A stretch of DNA of 63,477 nt, filler included, from Choristocarpus tenellus KU-1152 (lineage: Eukaryota; Protista; Phaeophyceae), in the NCBI GenBank assembly GCA_964200185.2. It is 11 parts of 11 records of this genome, joined end to end, with 100 filler letters (N's around TTAATTAATTAA, not from the genome) between each part and the next. Parts side by side here need not be neighbours in the genome. Positions count along the whole stretch, not along the records: positions 11,865 to 22,784 come from CAXNAD020002624.1; positions 22,885 to 29,562 come from CAXNAD020007585.1; 9 more parts are not named here. One strand, 5' to 3'. Shown piece after piece: positions 14,413 through 26,499 of this stretch. Positions within the stretch are counted from its first letter, which is position 1. The number at the start of each line of letters is the position of its first letter. The notes beneath the pieces were generated by a model that was not told the origin of the DNA, ran no database searches, and was given only the letters and a program-made list of their open reading frames with translations. Both the position numbers and the translations under genes were made by a program.

Positions 14413-15559
14413 ATGAGTGGGCGACGCGAGAGACCACTCTCGCTGCAAGGACCTGGATCACGCCCACCTCTCCCCCGAGTTGATGGGGATAGACAACCCC
14501 GTCGTAGCAGACCGAGGAGCGTTAGCCGTGCCGCTGCTGATAGAGCCCAGGGTTATTCTGTTGTTGGGCGGTCGAGCTCTTTTGCTGATTCCGCCCCGCA
14601 CCCGCTCATCAACCAAGTTCCCGTGGTTGGACGTTCGAGCTCTTTCGCCGAACCCCCATCGAATCGCTTGGCAGGGACACCGATATCCACCCCGACCCCC
14701 ACTGGGGAAATCAGGAGATCTTACACCTTCCAGGACCAAACTCCAAGTCATCACGTTGCTTACCCTTTGGAGCATGATAATGCTTTTCACCAACCTGACC
14801 AAAAGGAGAAGGAAGTTCCGCATGTTTCTGGCGGGGGGACTGCTGATAATCGGGGGGAGTTGAACTGGTCGGCCGAGGACATGGCGCTCCGAAGGTTCAT
14901 GTCAGTGATGGCGTGGGGACCTGGTTTGGCTGTGACAAAGCGTAATCGGAACCAGGGTCAGGGCCGCCGGGTGCTTAAATTTGATGTGAAGGTAAGAGAA
15001 ACCACACCTAAAGTACCTTCTACCTGATCTTGCACTGTTTATGTACTTCTTATGCAATCGCAACCATGACTATTCTGCCATCTGATGTGTGTTTATGTGG
15101 TGACAAGTTTGAATCCGAGGAAGGATAAGTGCTACGCGATGGAGTTTCCGATAGTCACGTAAAGTCGAAATAGTCAAGGACACGATTGCTTGGGCTCGCC
15201 TCACCAGCTCCGCGAGTCGCTTAACCTCCATACCCTCCCTGTCTCCAATGCCATCTTTTGTCCAGCATGGTCGATTGACGTGGTCTAGCTCGTTGCCACC
15301 GTACAGCAAGACTTCTGTGGATGCCCGAAATCTAAAGACCGTGTCACGTCAAGGACAGGTGGTGACCGTTTCAATCACCCACCATGGAGTTGTGGGATTT
15401 AAGCCAGCGAGACTTACAGATGCCATTGTGATCGAGACGGGACTGCAGGCTGTTATACATGCCTGCAAGACTTACGACCCAAGCCACAAGAGATGGCTGG
15501 ATTTGAAACCATCTCGACCAGCATCAATCCGGCAGACTCGAATTCAGATTTTTCACTGA
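14413..15559 (+). CDS. ~290-aa protein, disordered N-terminus and C-terminal PH-like domain
   Basis: Exons 14413-14991 (AAG|GTAAGA) and 15266-15559 (TCCAG|CAT) join in phase 0. GLAVTKRNRNQGQGRRVLKFDVK|HGRLTWSS...VTVSI...VGFKPARLTDAIVIETGLQAVI has PH-like strand/helix patterning. VVGRSSSFA occurs twice in the N-terminus. Confidence 0.7.
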
Positions 15560-18113
15560 AGCGTGGTACGGGTAATCGGATCTGGTCTGGACCTTCGTGA
15601 GAAAATCTGTGTAACGACTACTATTGGTGGAGGTAGTGTGATGTCTTTGGCATGCATGCCATGGCGGAATTTCCCCCCTTGACAATGGGTCGGTCCAATT
15701 GCTTGCCATTTTTTGTTCCTAACGTACAGCCTTGTTTGCGTGTGTGTATTGGTTGTATTCGATCTTGAATTGGCGTGTAGTCTATGATAAGTGCCCATAC
15801 ACAACACACCTTTTTGTATCTCGAATCCTGTTTTGCTTTTTTGAAGGTGTTAACTATTGTATGCTGTTCTATGTACTGGTTAGAGCTCGTGTGGATCGCC
15901 TCTCATCTTAAATGTGCAAGTCTTGAGTACTGCTTTTCTTTATTGCAGAGTGGTTGCACATGACCCCTTTGGTCTGATTTGCGTCTTGAGAACCTGTTCC
16001 GTTGTCTGTAATATGCTCCACATTTTTCATTGTACTCCTAATGGTTCGGATTTGTAGTGTGTTGATCTTGGGGTGTGAGACAATTCTATCTGGTGATGAG
16101 GTGAGTCAACGCATTCATATGCAGTTGACGGTAGAGTTCAGCCAGTGACCGTTTGGCCCTGGCCAACTGATGTTTCATGTCTGTATGCTGGCCTCTCCAG
16201 CGGTTGTATCTCTGTTTTTGTGCGCGTTACTGTGCTTGTTCAGCTATTGTTAACCTACGAAAGATGGTACAGTGCATATATACAGTTGTTTAAGGTGCTG
16301 TATTGGCCATTACATATTTTATAGTGGTAAATATTGAGTGTAATTTGTTATTCCAGGATGTAATAAATGTTGTCTTGAACCTTAGCAAATGAAGGCAATC
16401 CCTTTTGAATCGAAAAACAGTTCTTCTCCTGTTGATTAAAAATTCTGAGGAGCACACCACCTCGCAGTTCTAAGCCTCTATTAAAATAAATCCAGTTTGG
16501 AGCTAGAGTTCTATATATTTTTTTGCTTTTTCTGTTCGTACATAGTCTAGAACGTTTAGGACTTGATATGAAACTAAATTTTATTTATGTTTGCATCAAA
16601 TGCTCTTTTATCGTTATACCACCCAAGACTCGCACAAGCTGCTCCAAGCAACATGTGACAAATGCCATCAACTTTCCACAACAGTACCAAAAACATTTCA
16701 AGTCACAGTAAGGTATAGTGTAGTGCTACATTGAATGTTTTATTGCTTTGGAGAATATATGTGGGAGCTCATTGCTTGTACTACATGACAAGAAAATTGT
16801 GGTTGAATAGTGGACGGAAATTTTTTAATTGGATGGAGCCCTCCTCTCCAGTCTTTTGAAGGTTGACACAATCATTAGAACTTTGGGAAGTATATCTTTG
16901 AGTATACGTAAAATATGTTTTGAAAAATGGAAAATGTGTAACCAGGAAATCTCTCAAATATTTTCAAACATGTAAAAGCAGTACTGGGCAACCAATCGCT
17001 TGTGGTAGCCATTCCCCCCCCATGCTATAATGCCCTTATACTGTGTTTTCTATGAATGAAGGATACTGGACAGGAATACAATTGAGTTTTGATAGCTTGA
17101 AACGATGTGGGCATTTTTTGTAGTGAACTGCTGCATGATACAGGTCAACTGTCTCACGACCATGAGTTGAATAGCTGTTTGAAATACAAATGAGACGGTT
17201 TTTCTCTCTTGCTGCCCAAACTTCCTATACTACTTTTGATTGCAACAGGCTTTGAGATTTGGGATTATGAAGTGTGTCACACAATACAGGGCTGCCCTGA
17301 AAGCAACAAAACTTCCGAGATATCTGTAGAATAAAGTTTTTCTCAACTGAAAATGATGTCTGGAATCCCTGCTTTGTTGAACTTACTATCAGCTGTGACA
17401 CATGGCAGCACTCTTCTAAATATGTGTTGTTACATCGTTCCATCTACATACAAGACGCTTACTTGATGAGTCTCCTCGTATCTCTGGTGCATATATAGTT
17501 CCTTCAAAGAACGTTTTTCCTTATCCTATTCTCTACTCCCCTTCACTCACTGCATTCACCTCAGGTTTCCGAAAGGAATGAAGAAAGGGTAGGATACAAC
17601 CGTAAGTATCTTGATGAAAGGACGACCAGCCTCCCACACTTTACGGAAAAACTAAAACAAGCTATGTGAACCCAGTCTACTTATTTCTTACACAATGACA
17701 CGTCAGGATTAAAGGAATTAGTATCAAAGATTGATTCACTAGCACATTATGTCATCAGAGCAATAGCCCATTCCAGGAACAATACAACACAAAACAGTAA
17801 CACTCCACCCAATGGGGCATGCTGATGTTGCATGGACCTGACCTCGAGAGCACACACAAGTATATGATTCATATTCTCCACTTTGGTTTAGCAGTTACAA
17901 CATGCATACAACACAGTATGACTTCAAATGAAGCAGAAACGAGACTTACAAAAGAGAAGGTAACATAGACCCTTGTCCTTCACTGGAGTAAACTCAATGC
18001 ATTATGCACTCAAAGATCCAGACCATTTGCACAGATAAATTTAGTTTCAATAGTAGTTTAAGTTTCCTCTTCTCTGTAATACTTCCACCATTCAAAGCTT
18101 GAGCAACTGGTAG

Positions 18114-19330
18114 TCAAGTTATCCTCTCAGGTCTGGTCAAACTAGATCCATCAGTATCATCCCATAAGAGCATGAAATCAACATCTCTGGGAAGGGTGAG
18201 AGAAAACTTACAACATAGTACAGAAAATGCTATGTTTACAACAACCTTTATATCAGGAACATGTAGAACCAACATTTGTGGTACACTGTAAGATTGAAAT
18301 GTACTAATAGTAGCATGGATAATATTTATACCATCACCTGTATGAAATTTTACATTGTAGTGACCCACATACCTGCCATTACGAAGCCAGCAGCAATCCC
18401 GATTTGTCCTCAAAATTACCCTGCCACGAATGTATTAGCTACACAAAGCTTCTTTTTTTTGCCATTTTTAGAATAATAAAGTAGTACACACTGCAGACAA
18501 CTTACCATAAACCATCTAGAGGATATGTGGGCAATTGAAATATTATCTCCACAACACAAATCCAAATTTTATGAACAAATGTCATTTTCCTGACGGAAGA
18601 CAAAAGTCTGAGGTGAAATTTGGGTTAGTTAGTGGAGAAAAAAAGCATTCAACAATGTTATGAACAATATCTGATTGCTGGTATGGTTTCCTCACTCCGT
18701 GAAATGCGAGAGGGGAGAACGTTGCATTCACCTCCCCCCTGCTTAAAGTTTCCTAACAAGAGTAACAAAACAGCTAAATTGACCCAGTATGGGAAATACA
18801 AGCAGGTAGAGATATTTGCAGAGCTCAGGAGCTCAACTATAATAAAGGATGTTCAGCACAAAACCATCACTCGCCCATTCCTTAAGCTGAACTGGCATTT
18901 CAGATGCCAAACATAGATGAGCACACCACAGCTTTAAGCTTGCTTCCATGCGTGTCTTGTCAAGCAAGAGAAATGTAACATGCGACATAGAGCTGGCTGG
19001 TATTCTCCTCTCCTTAACCATTTGTACACAAGGGCATGACAAAAAAAAGTACTTTCGAATGGCAGCAACAGCAGCTAAATCTCCCAGAGTTGGGAGAAGC
19101 ACATCTACCAGTCTCCTAAACCCTCAGGTAGCATTAGGGCAAGGGATGTTGCCCTCTACGATTAAACCAACAATCTAAAGTTTGGATACCCCATGTACCA
19201 TGGGTAGTCAAGTCTCTCTCGCAAAATTCAGCAGTCGAAACTACCCTACTACCTCTTGTATTGATTGTGGAGCTGGAGGCATCTATTACAAAGCTCTATA
19301 GCTAGAGGTTTTTCTGTCACCCCCCTCACC
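18114..19330 (-). CDS. Candidate five-exon gene of unknown function, start unresolved
   Basis: Exons ?-19253, 19115-18875 (GC donor), 18546-18506, 18420-18373 and 18186-18114 splice with compatible phases into one ~160-aa frame. One acceptor is a weak GAG and no in-frame ATG was found. Confidence 0.4.
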
Positions 19331-19523
19331 TCTCCTTCCCCCCCTTGCCTCAAACCTCGCGATCATCTTGATGCACGCGACGGATGAGCCAATGCGTTTA
19401 CATGCACGCGTAATGTGGTGCTTTGAGGACATGCAATCACGAAAACAATGACGGGTTGCTTTGCTTACCCGCCAACAGCTAAGTCCTCCTCCCAACCCTC
19501 AGCCCTAGCAGCTTGGAAAGCAA

Positions 19524-20533
19524 TTAGTGGAAGGGCACGCCAGCTCCTGTAAGGAGGGACTGGTGGACAAGGCCGCCGATCGCAGACATAGCCAGACGAC
19601 CGTGCTTTAGTTCAGCATATTGGTACTTAGCCATCTTCTCTGGGTTTTTCGCCACGTTGAGGGGGTCGAAGCCAAACTCTCCTGGCTTGCGGTTGGGGTC
19701 GTCAAACATGTCGTCCATTGTCATCTTACCCTGTGATTGGGACAGGCATGGGTGCAATTTTAGGGATTGCGATAGTATCAAATGTCATATTCGATAGATT
19801 AGTGCCACACGTACATAAAGCTGAAGCACTCACTGGCGTGGTGCGAAGTGGGACTAAATTAAAGCTTCCATTCGAGACATGTGTGACATTGTAGACAGCA
19901 AATACGAAAAATTGAAGGCCAAGGAAAACAAAGTCCTCTCCGACACGATGCTCAACAAACTTCACACGAGAGAAAGTTGCATTCAAGTGGTGCCTTACCT
20001 AATCACAATACGTACAGTACCTGTGAGTCATTATGCGCGTTCGTCAAAATCTTGTCCCACAAAAAGGAACCAGACATTACACTCACGTTGTTGTAACAGT
20101 ATTCAAGCCATCCACAGAAAGCGAAAATCTGCAGCATGGGTCCGGGACCGACGGCAGCCATCGCATCGACTGGGTTCTCCGACATGTATGCTGCGCCAGG
20201 AACGTGGACAACCTCGGAAACAATCCAACCCACAGTGGCGAGCATGGCCACACGCCCGTGCTTGAGCTCAGCCTCCCTCAACCACTTGATGTCAAACCAC
20301 TCGGCAAATCCGAAGGGGTCAAATCCGACCTCGGCCCCGACGTAACCATCCAGGTTCTTGGGGGCAGTGAGGAAGGGTACAGATGGGGACATCCCCTCCT
20401 TCGCCACCATGGAGACTGTTGAAGAGGATGCAGCTGACCTCACAGTCGTTCCCGTAAACGCTGTAGGCGCAACGAACGCATCAGCGCACGAGGCACAGGC
20501 AGCGACAGCACTTGCGGTGGAAAGAACCTTCAT
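19524..20533 (-). CDS. LHCR: Light-harvesting (fucoxanthin-chlorophyll a/c) protein, Lhcr-like, 217 aa
   Basis: Exons 20533-20087 and 19730-19524 (GTGAGT...CAG, phase 0). Signal peptide then ADA-FVAP (ASAFAP-type). LHC motifs GFDPFGF, WLREAELKHGRVAMLA, PGEFGFDPL, AELKHGRLAM. The subfamily call is by recognition. Confidence 0.95.
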
Positions 20534-20793
20534 CGTTGTTGTGTATGTACTCTAAAATGATCAACCCTCGTTTTGACCTTCTCAAACTTATGTTGGACAA
20601 AGGCATGAGGATCATGGTAATGACGTTCTACTCAATAAAAGATCGTCATTAACTGGATAAGGGGTATTCAATATCTGATATATATATATGAGGTGTTGAA
20701 ATGGTTAATCGTACCCTCAACCATAGCGCGCTCGCGTATATATCAACTATTGAACACGCGGAAGAAACGCCCGCAGACTACATTTATGGATGA

Positions 20794-20884
20794 GGGTCGT
20801 TCTAGTTCAGTTGTAAAGGCAACGGCAACCCGCATGAACGTAGCGGGTTCAAACCCCACCCCTTCAACGCCAAACTACTTTTTA
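20794..20884 (+). other. tRNA-derived pseudogene or SINE head
   Basis: A-box-like TAGTTCAGTTG (20803-20813), B box GGTTCAAACCC (20846-20856), T-run at about 20879-20884. No intact cloverleaf. Confidence 0.45.
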
Positions 20885-22884
20885 CGAATATCTGGTTTCC
20901 ATGAAGCTATTCCATGGGGCCAAGGTGAACGAATTGTACACGACTTTACTATCCTGTCTGTGACTGGAGCACAAAAACACAGGACCAAGATAAGGCGGAA
21001 ATATCTGAAGGGGTGGGGTCCAGGAGAAGATTTGAGAGAGGAGAAGCGGTGGGAGTGCTAATCACCATGTGCGCGCGAAGCAAGGCAGGAACGGTTCAAA
21101 CAAGTGTAGAAAACCTTGTATCTGTTTGCTGTTACTTTTACCATTGAAATACTCTTGTGCAAGTTTTAACTAGAATTTGCTCAATTGGAAAATATTTATT
21201 GTGATGGTTGATAAACACATGCGAGTACATACGTACCCACAACACTACAGCAGATCGGTGGTTGCTTTGCATGATGCACTCGCCTGGCATAAATTTGCGC
21301 ATGTCTGCTGAACAGGGTTTACCCCTTCTCACCAGCCTGGCTAGTCTCCTTCCTGATTCATGCACTACTTTCTGGCTTTAGCGTGCCACAGGAACAAGGA
21401 GATGAGAAATACATCGATGGGGGCGACCACACACTCCTTGCTTGACTGGGTATGGAGGACGGATTTCATCCTCCGAATTCCGCCTCACCATGGTATGGAA
21501 AGTTGTGCAACCACTGGACTTTTGTTTGTTGCCAAGGCAGGTGCTGGCACCTGGTATGAATGCACTTAGCCTTGGGTCGGAGGAGGAGGGTAGCCACTAC
21601 CATAGCAGGCAACATGCACATGCCATCATGGCAAAATAAGTACGGAACACCTAACTGAGTGGGTAAAGTCTGTAGACAGGTTGTTTATGTGCACCCCTTG
21701 CACCCTGGAACATGACAACGATCCTTTAACCATCTATCGAAATCTTTGCATAGATGAATGCTGTATTTCACGATGGGATACTGTCAAGTCCTGCCAATCG
21801 GAACAAAAGTGCCTCCTTCTTCGGTTGTGAATGTGACCTTTGTTGCCGAGAGCAACTGACTGAAACCTGCAGGCAGCGCAATCAAAATATCACTTTTGCA
21901 GGTGCGGCTGCAATCCTTTACAAAGAAATGTAGAATCTATTGACTTGTCTTAGGTTACCCTTGACAACGTTACGGTTGAAGACTTCACACATCTTGGCAC
22001 ACTGACAAAGAAATTTCTGGATGAGGTAGTGGTTCAAGTAAATTAGTAGGAAGTGATAGGAGGGCAGGTAGGTATAACAGAAGAAGAAACTGCGAAAGCG
22101 CAATATTTTCGAAATGTGCCTGTTAATATCACGACACAACAACATAAAATACCATAAAACCTTTTCAAGGAGCAGCATGCACTTCATTCAACAATAAACA
22201 GAAGGCCAGAAAAACTGTTTTTAACTCCTCGCTCTTCATCTCAGAAGAGGGCATCAGGATACACCTAAGCGCTGAAAAGTCTTGTTTTATACAAATAGGC
22301 AGAGGAGAGACCTACTTCATCCACTGTATCGAGTATGAATTTAACATGTATATTTCCTGCCTCATGCCATCAATAGTCGAGGAAGGACCGTGGCAGGTAT
22401 GCCAGCCCAGCTGTGGTACTCTTGGCACGCAATTCCGCAAGACAAAACCACCATCCCTTTGGACGCTATCGGTTGGATACTGTCTGCAGATGAAAGTTTC
22501 ACATGGTAGCAGGCATAACTTCCTGGCTCCACACAGCGAAGGGAATTTCATTAAAACCTTAGGGGATGGCCATGTCCTCCTGTACGCCAAGCTATAGGAG
22601 CCCAACTGGAAGATTGTCGGGACCCAATAGCCTTCCCATTTCCTATTGCCAGGAGTGCTTCTGCCACTTCCGTCATCATTGGAGAGTATGAAGGGCCACG
22701 GATAATCGGGGGCTTTAAGGGTTGATATCAATCGCTTTGGTATCAAGGAGCCCTTTAAGGTATCTGGGTCAGAGTATCTGGGAGNNNNNNNNNNNNNNNN
22801 NNNNNNNNNNNNNNNNNNNNNNNNNNNNTTAATTAATTAANNNNNNNNNNNNNNNNNNNNNNNNNNNNNNNNNNNNNNNNNNNN

Positions 22885-23026
22885 CCTATGCAACTACCCG
22901 AGTTACAGTTTATTCTGCAACTTTTAGATGAATCGGAGTTCCCCCTTTTGGGATTCCCCACGCGTGCATGCTGCTCGCGCTAGTCAAAGCGCGGGAAGAA
23001 ATACTCGCGTTATTCGCCTGTAACAC
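22885..23026 (-). mobile_element. Partial LTR (TGTTACAGGCGAATA family)
   Basis: Homologous to the 5' part of the solo LTR at 27397-27809; cut by the contig edge. Confidence 0.7.
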
Positions 23027-23226
23027 TACGGTATAGTATGGTATAATACGGTATATAACCGTATGTTGGAAACTACAAGTACTATATTTTCATTATTATG
23101 CCCCTGACATTTTCCAGAAATGTCAGGGAAAAAACAACGAAAACCATTCAAAAGTCAGAACCCCTCATAAAGCAACAGATATCGTAAATGTACAGTAGTG
23201 TCAAAATGTTCGAGGCCATAATTATA

Positions 23227-25179
23227 CTGCCTCCATGCCATAAGTCTGTGCTGCGTTGTCCGTGACGTTTGAGAGTGTTGATGAAAACCATTTCTGAAAG
23301 AAGATTTGGGATCCTTGACAAAATTCTGGTTAGGTCCAGCTCCTATTATTATTATTACTCCCCATCCATCACAATTTTATCAGCCACAATAAAGTCTCTA
23401 TGTCTACCTTTGGTGTGTTTTCAAGCTCACCAGACAACTGCCTCTTCCTTACCCCTGTGTGCTCCACACTGAAGTCATTCCCTCATTTGTATCTAAGTGC
23501 TTGATTGTACACTACAAAAAGGAGCTGCCAAGCCCTCTCAAGTGTGGTTTCATCATACTCCTCATACTTTTCTTGATGACCTACACCATCTCCTTAACGG
23601 ACCCAAACCGCTGCCCCATCACCCGGCATTTCGAAGACTCGAAGAAGCACACAGGTCCATGGTATTGAGGTCGGGGGGGAACTAGATGACTGCGTCACAA
23701 GCCTAGTCGACCACCCCTCAGTCTTCCCTGCCCCTGACAAGATTTCTGAGTTGCTCTTGTCTGTGTGGGGGGTGGCCCCGTCTTGCTGAACGACAACATG
23801 CTTCCCTGCAACCAAGGCATCTTGGTCTTGATTGCAGGCAGTAACTCCTCCGCGTATCACTTCCTGTACCATAGATGATCTAAAGTACAGTCCTGCTCAT
23901 ACACATAGAGCCAAAGTATCTTAGAGGGTAGAGTCGTGTCCATTTGGGGTCAAAATCCAAGGTTGCGATTTTGATGTAATTTGGCTATCGTGTTTGTTAA
24001 GAAGTGCCAATATCCATGTTCCAGACACTCCTTTTCATAACGTGTATATTTCACCTACTCCTAAACATTTTGGAGTAGGAAAATGTAAAAAAAAAACATG
24101 GGAAGCCAAGCCCCAAATGGACAAACAGGGCAAAACTCGTACCTTTTAAGATACTTTCACTCATACCCCTTTTATGGTTCTTGCTTGTCCTGTCTGCCGT
24201 TTTTGGCGCACACACACGCCAAACACCAAGCTTTCCACCAAAGATGTTAGCCAAATCTGGGCAGGCGTTGGCTGCAATGATCATGGTTTCGGGGATATGA
24301 CTCTTGTGCTGCACAGTGGGGGACCCTGGAAGGTCGCCATCATCCTCATGCGGAAATACCCCAACTCTTTCCCCATCAGCCATAACGTAAAACCAGGTTT
24401 CACACACATGGATCATGTTCACCATGGAGGCGCACATACCACGTTTCCGGTCCACTTGATCACAAACAACATCCATCCTCCATACCTTTTGCCACGATTT
24501 GAGCTTGGATTTGATCTAGCGGCGATTCAGCATGACCCCCATATCACCCAACCACCTGTTTATGGTGCTCATGCTATAATTCAGCCCCTTGGCGACCATC
24601 TTTATTGTCACATGACGCACTGTGGATGACCGATTATCAGAGTTGATAATATGTGCTGCGGCCGTCTTGGTCGGTGTGAGCTCCGAAGGCCGCCCACCAC
24701 ATGCCGCTAGACCTAAGTCAAGCTTGTGGCCACGGGTGAGCTGATCGGCGACGTCCTCCCAGAGCCCTCACATGTAACGCTCGGACACTCCAAACTCCGC
24801 TGCGAGGCCAGGTCCAACATGTCACAGCAGTTTATGCTCACCAGGGACCATCGCGAGGCTGTGCCGCACTGCAAGTGCAACTCTGGTATTCAGGGATACT
24901 TGGGCACCCTTCCTACACGGGAGGGTCGACAGGGGGGTTACCATGCCAACGTTCTGATCCTCGACGTGCCCAGTTCTACCCTCAAAATCACCCCAAAAGA
25001 CCCCTACTTTGACGGCTTGAAGCGCCTCGAGTTTGTACCTGGAGATTCTCGACTCCGACCTTTTCTGAAAGCTGATATTATCAACCCGATTTCATTCTGT
25101 GGGGTTTTCGTCCGATTCGGCGTCATTCTCGTTCGGCGAGCCCAGATGTTCGTGGTACAAACTTATGGCACAGAGGTAG
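23227..25179 (-). mobile_element. Full-length decayed Tc1/mariner element, plant-type (DD39D/Stowaway-related), transposase disrupted
   Basis: TA-flanked imperfect TIRs CTGCCTCCATGCCATAAGTCTGT / CTACCTCTGTGCCATAAGTTTGT. Motifs IHVCETWFY (HxDEKWFY), HKSHIPETM, FGGKLGVW, RTSKNHKRG, VVQQDGATPH, and PDLNTMDLCFF after a frameshift. Confidence 0.88.
23908..24162 (+). mobile_element. MITE family 1 inserted in the mariner transposase
   Basis: GAGCCAAAGTATCTTAGAGGGTA...AGATACTTTCACTC interrupts KNHKRG / VYEQDCTLD. Confidence 0.9.
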
Positions 25180-25278
25180 TATAATATTATGGGTATTATT
25201 ACCAGAAGTTCTTTTTAAAGTTTTGGTCCTAACCCTATCCATCCTCTGACACATAGGCAACATGTGTGGGCAAAATAT

Positions 25279-25536
25279 GAGTGAAAGTATCTTAGAGGGT
25301 ACGAGTTTTACCCTGCTTGTCCATTTGGGGCTTGGCTTCCCATGGGCTTTTTATAACATTTTCCTTCTCCAAATTGGTTCAGAGTAGGTAAAATGTACAT
25401 GATATTAAAAGGCGTGTCCAGAACATCGATATTGACACTTCCTAACACATACAATAGCCAAGATAACATCAAAATTGCAATATTGGACTTTGGCCCCCAA
25501 ATGGACACGGCTCTACCCTCTAAGATACTTCAGCTC
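25279..25536 (-). mobile_element. MITE family 1 with 4-bp TSD ATAT
   Basis: ATAT|GAGTGAAAGTATCTTAGAGGGTA...CCCTCTAAGATACTTCAGCTC|ATAT. Confidence 0.9.
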
Positions 25537-25893
25537 ATATAGAGAGCGTAGCTTTAACCTCAACACACTGTTCTGTGTTCCTCGGTAAGCAAGCAGAAAG
25601 TGTTTTAGATGAGTTGGCTACACTTACAGTGGGGGGAAGGGTTAGAGGTTATAGCAGGAAAGGGGCTGTCAAGTCCCGCTTACAGCAGATAGCGTCCGTC
25701 GCAGCACAAGCGGCCATGCGTTTCAAGCTAGAGACACAGGCAGATGGACAAGAAGGGGTCTGTCAGCTTCTTCGGATGCTTCCCTAGCTCTTTGCCCCAT
25801 CTTTATAGGGCTAAGCTAGGTTACGGGCATAGCAGTAGTGTACACATTATATTAAATTACCAACCACCAACCTTTAAGGGAACACTGTAGTAT

Positions 25894-26211
25894 TGTTACA
25901 AAATCTCCACAAGCTTGCTATGAGGGGATACCCAGCTCCACTCCATAAGAATGCATGTGGACCTTGAAGCTCGTGCAAGGCTTCATGATGCACATGTCGT
26001 CAAGTATACTGGATCTCTCACTTCGACTATTCACTTCATAAGTATCATCATCATCGTATTAAAGGAACTGGCAACAATGTATGGCCTCAATGGGGTATCA
26101 TAACGACGAAATAGTAGATAAATGATCAAGAAGTATAAATATATGAAATCTAGGACTTCAAGGTCATCATGGCGTTTATGAAACCGCCATCAAGACATAT
26201 CGCCTCTAACA
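25894..26211 (+). mobile_element. Solo LTR (318 bp, TSD GTAT)
   Basis: TGTTA...TAACA termini flanked by GTAT; homologous to 61235-61541. Confidence 0.8.
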
Positions 26212-26499
26212 GTATAGCAAGTATTGAAGTAGTAAATATTTTTTTGGAGAGATATCTTTTACATTATTGACAACTGTTGCTTTTGGAAGAGTACTTGTGA
26301 TCTTGGTTTGACTTTTCCCTGACACATCTCCAAAATTTCAGAGGGTATAATAGTATATATAGAGTACTGTTGCATTTATTCATTTTTCAAGTAGATACAA
26401 TTTTTTTGATAGGTATTTTTTGCATTATCGATTTCTGGTTGAATTGCTAATAGTGCTTTAGGATTACCTCTGCCAGCTATTACAGCTTCTCTGGGGGAT

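Noticed and set aside
21400-22750. Possible CACTA-like transposase remnant (HVKFILDTVD)
   Set aside because: One weak motif among many stops; family cannot be supported.
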